DNA of 64,000 nt, from NCBI GenBank assembly GCA_015069395.1, contig SVIR01000005.1, positions 4,788 to 68,787 on the forward strand, in the 5' to 3' direction. The notes under the pieces are model-generated. The model made no database searches. It was not told the DNA's origin and saw nothing but the letters and a program-made list of their open reading frames with translations. Source of the DNA: Clostridiales bacterium. Its GTDB lineage: Bacteria; Bacillota; Clostridia; Christensenellales; UBA1242. Below, piece by piece: positions 29,255 through 39,100 of this stretch (its first letter is position 1; each line of letters opens with the position of its first letter). Made by a program: the position numbers and the translations under genes.

Positions 29255-29920
29255 ATGAACAAAAAATATGACAGTAGACTGCCTGATTATACAAAAGGAG
29301 AAGAAATATTCAATGCCGTCACCCATATAGTCGGTGGTGCTTTTGGCATATTATTTCTTGTCATAGGAGTAATTCTTGCCCATATTTATGGAAACGCAAG
29401 CAAGATTGCAAGTATGTACATCTATGGTATTTCTATGATAATCGCTTATACAATGAGTTCAATCTATCACTTTCTTCGACCAAATCGAGCAAAAAAAGTT
29501 TTTCGTATCTTTGATCACTGCTCAATCTTTTTGTTGATTGCAGGGTCTTATACCCCATATTGCCTTGTTACTCTCTCTCCAGAACCAGCTTGGGGATACA
29601 CTTTGTTTTCTATAGTTTGGGGATTATCAATTTTGGGTATTGTATTAAATGGCGTAAATATGTATAGATGGCAGGCTTTAAGTATGACTTTATATATAGC
29701 GCTTGGTTGGTGCATCCTTCTTGCAATAGTTCCCCTATTAAGAAATCTGGCTTTCAATGGGTTTTTATGGTTGTTGGCAGGAGGAATAGCCTATACTATC
29801 GGAGCAATTTTCTTTGCCTTTGGGCATAAAGTAAAGTATATTCATAGCGTTTGGCATTTGTTTGTTCTTCTAGGGTCTGTATTACAATTTGTTTCTATAT
29901 TGTTTTATGTAGTTTTATAA
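29255..29920 (+). CDS. hemolysin III / PAQR family membrane protein
   Basis: EEIFNAVTHIVG, SSIYHF, FDHCSIFLLIAGSYTPY, HSVWHLFVL. ATG at 29255 preferred over the track start 29207. Confidence 0.85.
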   Translation: MNKKYDSRLPDYTKGEEIFNAVTHIVGGAFGILFLVIGVILAHIYGNASKIASMYIYGISMIIAYTMSSIYHFLRPNRAKKVFRIFDHCSIFLLIAGSYTPYCLVTLSPEPAWGYTLFSIVWGLSILGIVLNGVNMYRWQALSMTLYIALGWCILLAIVPLLRNLAFNGFLWLLAGGIAYTIGAIFFAFGHKVKYIHSVWHLFVLLGSVLQFVSILFYVVL

Positions 29921-29950
29921 AAAAAGCTATCGTACTGATAGCCTTTTTAA
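29921..29950. terminator. bidirectional terminator between convergent genes
   Basis: Stem gctatc(29926-29931)/gatagc(29937-29942) between an A-run and a T-run. Confidence 0.6.
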
Positions 29951-30735
29951 TCGTCAAAACCACAATCTTGAGACTCATAAAATTCTTTTGCCGTCTTTAC
30001 AGTTATGTCGTGCACTTGATGCATCATTTTCTCTGATTGACTCTTTTCGTCTGATAATGACTTGTCTACATAGACAGGTTCGCAAATAGTATAAAAAATA
30101 TAATATCTAAACTTGCCATTTCTTTTCTTCTTTCTTTTAAAAGTTACAACCATTGGCAAAACAGGAACATCATTTTTTACGGCCATGGCAAAAGCACCAC
30201 GCTTGAACGGTCTTATTTCTCTATAATATGGCCAAAGAGCCCCTTCTGGGTTGTAAAGAACAGGTTTTCCTTTTTGTAGAAGATAACTAATGTCTTCGTT
30301 AAACTTTTTCATTCCAGAAATGCTGTGCACAGGAATTGGGATTCCTCCCAACGAGCGCAAAAAGAAACCTATCATAGGTCTTTTTATGTTTCTGTCCAAT
30401 GTTGTATAATAAATTTTTCTCCAAGCAAAAACATTTGTTCCGATTGTCAAATCGTCAAACATATGCACATGGTTGCAGGTCATAATAAAAGGTTTTCCTT
30501 TAAGTTTCTTCTTATGTTCTCCTCCATAAGTTTTAAAATGATATTTCATTCTCATAAATGGATTAAAAATACAAATAGCCAGCCCCCTAAAAAAAGCCGC
30601 CCACATTCTAAAAAATATATTACGAGGCCTAAAACTATAGTTCTCGTCAAACTTCACCTTTCTCTTTTCGTTTTTAATAGTCAGCACATTCTCGTCTGGT
30701 TTATCTGGTCTTTGAATTCCGTCTTTATCTATCAT
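29947..30735 (-). CDS. lysophospholipid (PlsC-family) acyltransferase
   Basis: HX4D motif NHVHMFDD and a PEG motif (NPEGALWPY). Confidence 0.7.
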   Translation of the reverse strand: MIDKDGIQRPDKPDENVLTIKNEKRKVKFDENYSFRPRNIFFRMWAAFFRGLAICIFNPFMRMKYHFKTYGGEHKKKLKGKPFIMTCNHVHMFDDLTIGTNVFAWRKIYYTTLDRNIKRPMIGFFLRSLGGIPIPVHSISGMKKFNEDISYLLQKGKPVLYNPEGALWPYYREIRPFKRGAFAMAVKNDVPVLPMVVTFKRKKKRNGKFRYYIFYTICEPVYVDKSLSDEKSQSEKMMHQVHDITVKTAKEFYESQDCGFDD

Positions 30736-30872
30736 TTTTTTCCTCTTATTTAGAAAATCGTTATTACTGTATGTATTATTTTATAAAAAGATCATTCTTT
30801 TTGCAAGCAAAAAAAACAAAAATATTAAACTTCCGACAAAATATTTGCATAAAAATCTATTATGGAGGATTT

Positions 30873-32147
30873 ATGTATTTTGGAACTGATGGAATTCGTG
30901 GAGAATATGGCAAAACGCTAACCCACTCATTGGCCTTTTGTGTTGGCAACGCCTTAACACAAATTAAGAAGAGACCAAAAGTCATAGTTGGAACGGACAC
31001 AAGAACCTCTAGAGACATTTTGGCTCTTTCTGTTTCGGCAGGAATAGTTCACGGAGGAGGAAGTGTTGTAAACGTCAAAATTATTCCAACTGCAGGCATT
31101 TCTTTTCTTTGTAAAGACTTTGATTTTGGAATAATTATCACAGCTTCTCACAATCCACCTTGTTACAACGGAATAAAAGTTTTCAATTCAAACGGGCAAA
31201 AGTTGAGCGATTCTGAAGAAGAATATCTCGAACAATTTTTCTCTACCACCTTGGCTCTTGACAGTGGAATTTATCGCGAAGACGAAAGCCTTAAGACAAA
31301 ATATGTGCAACATTTGTTAAAATCAACAGATATGAAATTTGACGGTCTCAAAGTATGCATCGATGCGAGCAATGGAGCCGCATACAAAATTGCTCCTAAA
31401 ATATTTAAAGAATTAGGCGCAACCGTTTACACGACAGCCTGCCATAATCGTGGCAACAAAATAAATGTTGGCTGTGGATCCTTAAATATTGAAAATTTGC
31501 AAACAGAAGTTTTAAAAAACAAAGCCGACATTGGTTTTGCTTTTGATGGAGACGCAGACAGAATTATCGCAGTAAATAAAAACGCTGAGGTTTTTGACGG
31601 AGACAAACTTCTCTATATTCTGGCAAAACACCTCAAGAAAAGCAACCAACTTTATGCCGATTCTGTAGTAGGCACTAGCCAAACCAATAGAGGAATTATG
31701 GAAGCTTTAAACAGACATAAAATAAATCTTATTCGAACTGATGTTGGTGATAAATACGTAATCGAAGCTATGGAGAAAATGAATCTTAATCTGGGCGGAG
31801 AACAATCTGGACATATCATAATCAAAAATTATGCACAAACTGGAGATGGAATTTTAACAGCAATCAAGCTTTGTGAAGTAGTTGCGCAAAATAATTTTGT
31901 TTTTGATGCAAAGCTTGTGCCCCAAGCAAACATAGACGTTTTGGTAAAAGATAAACTAAAAGTAATCAACAACGAAAATCTTAAAAACCTGATCACAAAA
32001 ATTTCGAATAATCTTGAACCTTTCGGCAGAGTTTTGGTTAGAGCAAGTGGAACTGAAGATAAAATAAGAATTATGGTCGAAGCTCCAAACGTTGATCAAG
32101 CACAAAGCCTAGCATTGGAAATTGAAAAACAGATAAAAGAAGGCTAA
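30873..32147 (+). CDS. glmM: phosphoglucosamine mutase
   Basis: MYFGTDGIRG; active-site TASHNPPCYNGIK; GFAFDGDADR; GGEQSGH. ATG at 30873 follows GGAGGA. The track start 30771 is an unsupported extension. Confidence 0.92.
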   Translation: MYFGTDGIRGEYGKTLTHSLAFCVGNALTQIKKRPKVIVGTDTRTSRDILALSVSAGIVHGGGSVVNVKIIPTAGISFLCKDFDFGIIITASHNPPCYNGIKVFNSNGQKLSDSEEEYLEQFFSTTLALDSGIYREDESLKTKYVQHLLKSTDMKFDGLKVCIDASNGAAYKIAPKIFKELGATVYTTACHNRGNKINVGCGSLNIENLQTEVLKNKADIGFAFDGDADRIIAVNKNAEVFDGDKLLYILAKHLKKSNQLYADSVVGTSQTNRGIMEALNRHKINLIRTDVGDKYVIEAMEKMNLNLGGEQSGHIIIKNYAQTGDGILTAIKLCEVVAQNNFVFDAKLVPQANIDVLVKDKLKVINNENLKNLITKISNNLEPFGRVLVRASGTEDKIRIMVEAPNVDQAQSLALEIEKQIKEG

Positions 32148-32148
32148 C

Positions 32149-32177
32149 AAAAAAAGAGCAATTGCTCTTTTTTTTAC
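32149..32177. terminator. bidirectional terminator (glmM / MarR-like gene)
   Basis: Palindrome aagagcaattgctctt between an A-run and a T-run. Confidence 0.7.
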
Positions 32178-32596
32178 GCTTCCATTTGTTCTGTCAATAT
32201 CTTCATAATCTTATCAATTTTCTTAGCATCTTTCTTTCCAAGTTGTTCTTTTAAATCATTAATCAAAACATAATCCTCTTTGTTTTGATAAAAATCATAA
32301 AATTTTGGGGTAGGAACCAATAAATATTCTCTTCCATCTGTTGGCGATTTTTCTTTTGTAATAAAACCTTTTTTAATCAACTGTTTAACTTTGTATGTTG
32401 CATTTGGAGAAGAAATGTCCATAAAACTTGCAAACTGAGAAATTGTCGGATTGTTCATAAGATAAATACATTCAAGGCAGAAATACTCAGAAGAAGACAG
32501 ATTCTCTTCTTTGTCCTTGATTCTACTAAACATATTTTTTAAAATAATCAATTGAACCTTTTTAAAAAACTTCTTAACCGACTTCTTAAGTTTCAT
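32174..32596 (-). CDS. MarR-like winged-helix transcriptional regulator
   Basis: 140 aa. ISQFASFMDISSPNATYKVKQLIKKGFITKEKSPTDGREYLL fits an HTH plus wing. Confidence 0.55.
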   Translation of the reverse strand: MKLKKSVKKFFKKVQLIILKNMFSRIKDKEENLSSSEYFCLECIYLMNNPTISQFASFMDISSPNATYKVKQLIKKGFITKEKSPTDGREYLLVPTPKFYDFYQNKEDYVLINDLKEQLGKKDAKKIDKIMKILTEQMEA

Positions 32597-32716
32597 TTAT
32601 ACTCCCAAACAGGATGGATTTTATCATAATTCTATCAAAAACACAAGCAAAAAAGGTTAAAAACTTTTAAATATTTTGCTAAATATAAGCTTTTTTGATT
32701 ATTCTTTAAAAATTCA

Positions 32717-32745
32717 TTGATTTTTTATAAAAAAAATGATAATAT
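32717..32745 (+). promoter_or_regulatory. candidate tRNA-Glu promoter
   Basis: TTGATT(32717-32722), 17-nt spacer, TGaTAATAT (-10 at 32740-32745), 18 nt before the tRNA 5' end. Confidence 0.55.
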
Positions 32746-32763
32746 TAGAGAGTCAAAAGTTTT

Positions 32764-32838
32764 GGTCCTATGGTCAAGCGGTTAAGACGCCGCCCTCTCA
32801 CGGCGGAATCAGGGGTTCGATTCCCCTTAGGACTACCA
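32764..32838 (+). tRNA. tRNA-Glu (anticodon CUC), CCA encoded
   Basis: Hand-folded. Acceptor GGTCCTA/TAGGACT (G1-U72). D arm GTCAAGCGGTTAAGAC. Anticodon stem CCGCC/GGCGG with loop CTCTCAC. T arm AGGGG TTCGATT CCCCT. Close to Bacillus tRNA-Glu as I recall it. Confidence 0.9.
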
Positions 32839-32860
32839 ATAGAGACATTGTCGAACCCAT
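32825..32860. repeat. direct repeat DR1 left copy (last 14 nt of tRNA-Glu + 22 nt downstream)
   Basis: ccttaggactaccaatagagacattgtcgaacccat; 34/36 identical to 42859..42894. Confidence 0.9.
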
Positions 32861-32893
32861 ATAAAATGGGGCGGATAATGTCTTTTTCTTTAT
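32853..32893. repeat. direct repeat DR2 left copy
   Basis: gaacccatataaaatggggcggataatgtctttttctttat. It matches 41263..41303 at 32/41 positions ungapped, including the exact 18-mer gataatgtctttttcttt. Confidence 0.65.
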
Positions 32894-33075
32894 CTCAAAC
32901 AATTTTGCGAATAGATTTAAAAGATTTTTGATGCGGTTCAAAAGAACTGCTTTTTTTACACATTTAATTTGATGCACTTAATGCAAGGAGGAATGTTTAT
33001 TGAGAATAAAACTATTTTACTTTCTTTATTATTAATTTTGTCATGCTCTGATTAAATTCTAAACCAATTTTACAA

Positions 33076-33118
33076 ACAAAAAAGTACAAATTCTAAAGAT
33101 AAATTTGTACTTTTTATT
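33076..33118. terminator. strong bidirectional terminator downstream of the giant gene
   Basis: Perfect 12-bp stem aaagtacaaatt(33081-33092)/aatttgtacttt(33102-33113) with flanking A/T runs. Confidence 0.8.
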
Positions 33119-33189
33119 TTTGACGAAACCAGGTTGAAATTTACGAATTTGTTTAGCATTTCAAACTTAATTCGAAACTTTTGAATTTA

Positions 33190-36100
33190 TTAAACGTTTT
33201 TAGTCCATTGATAGCTTGTGTAAGTTGACCTAAAGTAAATTGCAACTGTTGATGAATTGTTTAAATCCCCATCATCAAAATAAGCTTCACCTGATGAATT
33301 AGCTAACTTCCAATTCTTATTAGATACAGAAACAGTTTTTAAATCCTCACATAAAGCAAACGCATATGCTCCAATAAACTCAACACTAAGTTTAATTGAA
33401 ACGTTGGCTAGATTTCTGCAGTTATAAAATGCTTTTTCGCCAATATTTAGAAGGTTTGATGGCAAAGAAATATCGGTTAATCCATAGCATTCATAAAACG
33501 CACCTTCGTCAATATTTGTCAATGATTTATTAAAAATTAAATCGGTTATTTTAGCACCTTTAAATGCATAGTCTGAAATGGTTTGAACTTCTTCTAACAG
33601 AACAAACATCTCTGCTTCTTTTCCGCATGCATATTGAATCAACTCAGTTAAATCAGCTGAGTATAAGTTTCCATCAACTGAGGCATATTTTGTATTGCCT
33701 TCTGCAACAACGATACTATTTAATTTTTTACAATCTTCAAAAACCACCTGTCCAAATTCAACCAAACTCTTTGGCAGAGTTATTTCGGTAATATTAATAT
33801 ATTTAAAAGCACTATCACCAATAGATAGCAAACCATCATTTAGAGTAACTCTGTTTAACCCATAGCAATTTTCAAATGCGTTGCTATTAATATACTTTAA
33901 ACTATCTGATGCATTAAAACTTGTTATGGTTGTTATTCCAGCGAATGCTGAACTCGCAACTCCGAGAGTGCCGGCTTTTAAGTTGACTTCCGTTGTCTCT
34001 TCCACAGCCCCAATTGCCCAATTGCCAGCATAATAAACCCCGTTCTCAATAGTAACACAAGGCGCTGTTAAATTGAATGCATTTGAATTAACATAAGTTA
34101 CGCCACTTCCTAAAGTTATACTTTCAAACCAATCACACCCTTGGAATGCACCATAAACTATTGCCCCACTTTCAACATGAATATTTTTCAAGGATGAAGG
34201 AATATAATACACTCTACTTTGTCCTTCCGATATGTTTTGAGTTATGGCATTAAAACCAGTATAGTAAGTATTACCAAAAACTTCTCCAAAAACACCTGCT
34301 GGATTAACAGCTTCTAAAGATAGAGACGAAATGCTTAATGTTTCTAGCTTTGTGCAACCACCTAGTGCATCACTTCCAATCGTTTTAACCGTACTTGGAA
34401 TGGCCATACTTTTTATGCTAATGCATTTTTCAAACGCACTTGCTCCAATAGTTTCAACAACTGAATTAAACTCAATATTACTTAAAGATGAGCACCCAGC
34501 AAACATTCTGCTTCCTATATTCTTTAGTGTTGATGGCATAGTAAACTTCGTTAAAGCCACGCAATTTTCAAACACGCTTTCCCCAACCGTTTTAACTTTA
34601 GAGCTCTCAAAACTCACATCAGTTAAACTAGAGCAATTTTGAAATGCACCATTTTGTATGGAAACCACATTTTTTCCCATTGTAACTGTCTGCAAATTCT
34701 TGAAATTATAAAAGGCATTTGCACCAATTTGAGTAACTGAATCTGGTACAACTAAAGAAGTTAATTTATCTCCATTAAGCCAAAACTCGTCTGCACAATG
34801 CATTGGATTGCAATCAACATCGCTAAAATTATAACTTAACCAATCTTCCAAAGAGCCAACAAAGTTAAACACATCAACATTACTATAATTCGCAAAGTTT
34901 GCTTCAAAAGAAATTGCATTCGTTGCCGATAAATACTCCAACTTTGAGCATAAATAAATAGCATTCGTTTCAACCTTAACAACGCATTCTGGCAGAGTTA
35001 AATGAGTTAAAGTATTGTTATACGCAAAGGCATACTTTCTAATCGCGTAGTTTCCTATGTCAGTTGGCAAGATTGGGTTTGCATCTGTTCCTTCATAAGC
35101 AAGAAGATATTTCTTTTCGTTAAGCGTAACGAATAAGAAATCTTTATTCGACGAATCAATTATTGATGCCTCGGAAGAACTTGAATGAATAACTTTTGGG
35201 TTTGCATTACCAAGCACGCTATCAATATCAATTTTGAATGTGTTGGTACTATTATAAATTTCAATCAACTTTGAGCAATTATCGAAAACTCTCTGACCCG
35301 CGTTTAAAATATTGTTGTGAAGTTTAATTGAATATATGCTTAAACAACCAGCAAAAGCATAATCACCTAGCGTTTCCAGCGATGCTGGCAAATCGAAAAT
35401 CCTTAATCTAAAGCAATTACTAAATGCATAACTAGCGATCTCAGTTAAATTAAACATGCTCACGGTTTTTAAATTTGAACAACCTGCAAAAGCATAATCG
35501 CCAATAGTTTTAGTCAAACCATTTTCATCACCAATGCAAACCGAAACTAACTTTGTACAATCACGAAAAGCATTGGCTCCAATATTTTCAACACTATTTG
35601 GAATAACAACATTTTGCAAGTTAGAACAACCGCTAAAAGTTCTTTCATAAATCGCTGACATATCTGGAATGTTTATTTCTGATAAGCTAGAGCAGTTATA
35701 AAACGCATAACTGTCAAAAGATTTAACATTATTGTCAATGACTATGCTGTTTATTGTTGAAATATTAGCAAATGCACCACAACCTATTGAACCACCAAGA
35801 ATTGTAACCTTTGTTAAATTTTTTGGAATATAATACGTGATTGATGTGCCTGATGGGTAACTAGTTTTTTGAGAAAGTGAAATGGAATTATCATACGCAT
35901 AACTTCCAAATAACGCACCAAACAATGCATTTTCGCCAGTTGAACCTAGACTTGCAAGAGTTAACTCCTCTAAAGCAGACAAGCCTGCAAGTGAACCAGT
36001 GGACAAAGCATTTGCTCCAGATGGAATATGCAGTTCTTTTAAGCTTGAGCATTTTGCAAACGCCCTACTTCCAACGCTAGTCACTCCATCATGAAGAGTA

Positions 36101-39100
36101 ACCGTTTGAAGATTTGGTAAATTATAGAACAAAAACGCGTTAATTGCAGTGACAGATTCTGGAACGACAAGTTGGCTTAAACTCTCACCATTAATGGTTA
36201 GTGTTGCACCTACACTCATTGGGCAAGCATATAAGCTTTTATATTCAACTCCAAAATATTCATCCAAACTTCCAAGATAATTAAACTCGGAAATATTGGA
36301 ATTCATAAACGCACTGCTTTCAATAGATTTGACGCAAGTTGACAAATCAATTGTTTCTATATTTGATGCGTTAGCAAAAGCATATTTTCCAATTGCTTCG
36401 CACTTTGCAGTATCTGCAAAACTTATGGCAGAAATGTTTGCTCCAGAACTAGACGGGTTAAATAAATAATCTGGCACTCGCTCAACATTTACTCCAATAA
36501 CTACTTCAAAAGCTTCCATTCCATCAAATATATGGTTATCAGAATTTTGGTTAGCAATCAAATTTGAGTTTAAAATTATTTTTTTAAGATTGCTTGTGCC
36601 ATAGAACGCATATGCATTAATGACAGAAATGTTTGACGTTACTTCATAAACCTCGTTTGAACTTCCGCAAGCATATTGAATCAATTGAGTTTTATCTTTA
36701 TTAAACAAACTTCCATTCGCCGAAGCGAAAGTTTCATTTAATTCATCAACTGATATGCTTTGTAAATTGGTACAATTATAAAAAGCATTTTCTCCAATAG
36801 TTGTTACGCCTGCTGGAAGAGCAATTGAACTCAATGTTGAATTTGCAAATGCGTTTTCTCCGATTGACGCACAAACACTACCCTCTTCAAAAACAATTCT
36901 GGCAAACTTGCCTCTTCTTGAATTATAACTCTCACCACCATGATTTAAAAAATTCACAGGGACTTTGGTTACGTTTTTACCAAATGTTATTACTATTCCA
37001 CTTGAGTCAACTCCTGCATTATTAAATAAATAAGTATAATCTGTTAAATCGTTAACATCAGAATTAATAATCAAACTCTCAAGATTTGAACAACCATTAA
37101 ACACACCATCGCCTAATTCAGTAACATTTTCCAAAACGATATGAGTTAAACACGACCAACCACTCAATGCATCATCATATAGCGCGCCTTTTTTAATGGT
37201 TAGACTTTTCAAATTAGAAGCTCCACTAAAATAATAGTTTAAAAGTTTTTCTTCATTTGAGCTATCATTACTACCAAGTTGGTCAAAAGTTAAACTACTA
37301 AGATTCGTGCAACCATATAAAACTCCTTTACCAATAATTTGCATCGTTGATTTAAACTCAAACTCGGTGATGCTAGTGCAATTTTTAAAGGCATAAGTTT
37401 TAATAGATGAAATATTTTCATGAATGTTTATATTTTTTAAAGCATAACAATTTTCAAATGCATACTCAGGAATTGTTGTTAAACCAGTTGGAAGAGTAAC
37501 GTTTTCCAAAGATTCGCACCCACTAAATACTCTATTCCCAATGGTTGAAATCGTTTCTGGGAGTTCAACATTTTTTAATGCACTCGCTCCCATAAATGCA
37601 AAATTCTCTAAAGATTCAACTCCACTTGCTATATTAACATCAACTAAAGCTTCGCAATTCCTAAAGGCAGATTTTGCAACAGTTTTAACACTTGAAGGAA
37701 TGTTAACTGCTTTTAAACTCAAGCAATTATAAAATGCTCCTTCTCCTATGCTCTCAATAGTAGCTGGGATACTCACTTCTTCGAGCCCAGTAAAATTATA
37801 TAATGAATATGAATTTATTGCTGTCAAATTCTCAATATCAATTGATTTTATTTCTTTTACACTTACGTTATTAATATACAAGTTATTGGCAATATGTGTT
37901 GGGTTGCAACCCATTCTCGCCATAGAAATACTTAACCAATCATTGATTGTTCCATTAAAATAAACATCATTAATGCTAGCATTTTGGAAGGCAGTTGCTA
38001 TGTCATCGCCATTAATATGTCGCAAAGTATTTGGCAAGGTTAATTTGGTGATGCTTGACTTTAAGAATGCATTCTTTTCAATTGAATCGACATTATTTAA
38101 AGTTACTTCAACATCGACAAGGTTACACAATCCACCATAATTAACATTTCCACCATTAATAGTTATTTGTTTTAAACCGGCTGGAATATAGTATGTTGCA
38201 CTTGATGAATAAGATTGTCCATTTGGAATATAGTATTGAGTAGTTTTGATTGAATTTGTGTAACTAATTTCTCCAAAAATTTCTCCAAACGGATATTTGG
38301 TTGAAGATTCACTTGCTGAAGTACCAACAAATGGCAAGACTACACTTGTTAATTTTCTACACCTTGCAAACGCACTTGAACCAATATAAGTAACTGAATT
38401 TGGAATATTAATTTGGGTAAACCCACAATTATAAAACGCATTTGAATTAATTTTTTCAGCACCATTAAAACTAAAAGTTTCTAATTTAGTGCAACCACTA
38501 AATGCATAATTCCCAATTTGTTTTACACATGAAAACTGACAAGACACTAGTTTTGAGCACCCGCTAAATGCGTAGTTTCCAATTTCTAAAGACGAGTTTC
38601 CTCCAGTAATTTGAGTTATTCCACTGCATCCATTGAACGCATCGGCACCGATCACTTTAACACCATTTCCAATATTTAGTGAAGTTATTAAAGATTTACC
38701 ATAGAACGCATCACTTTCAATAGATGTTATTGAATTTGGAATAACGATATCTCCAGCAAGTTTATTTGGAATATGCAGAAATTGGTTTTGAGCTCTGTTA
38801 TATAAAACCCCTGATTGAGAAGAGTAATAATTATTTCCACTCTCAACATCAATGTGTCCTAATGATGACAACTTATTTAGAACACTGCCTAATGAAAAAC
38901 ACTCATCTGGAATTACAACCTGTGTTAAAGATGTAGATGCTTCTTCAATTGCAACCATATATGGCTCATCAAGAGTTCCTAAGTATTTTATGCCACTAAA
39001 CTCGTTATATTGAAGTTTTGAACAGTTTGAAATGGTTGATTTTGTGAAGGTGTCACGATTTGAAATAGATTCATTCGCATAATTATATATTAAAATTCGC

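Noticed and set aside
30325-30753. 142-aa plus-strand ORF antisense to the PlsC-like gene. Similar antisense or alternate-frame ORFs occur at 56382-56819, 47007-47441, 12792-13091, 25639-26001, 57398-57649 and 49908-50096.
   Set aside because: Each is nested in a gene with clear family motifs and lacks motifs and an SD of its own.
30771-30872. N-terminal extensions implied by the ORF track. Examples: glmM from 30771, veg from 24027, hlyIII from 29207, mraY from 13153, ddl from 15789, acpS from 51347, mazF from 50585, the MazG-like gene from 53881.
   Set aside because: In each case an internal ATG or GTG with a properly spaced GGAG-type SD coincides with the conserved family N-terminus. The extensions are hydrophobic or odd peptides, or they overlap terminators or upstream genes.
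32846-32856. TTGTCGAA strings in both DR1 copies (also at 42881-42890) match the Spo0A-box core TGTCGAA
   Set aside because: They form the stem of the tRNA terminator hairpin. A 7-mer match is expected by chance, and there is no promoter context.
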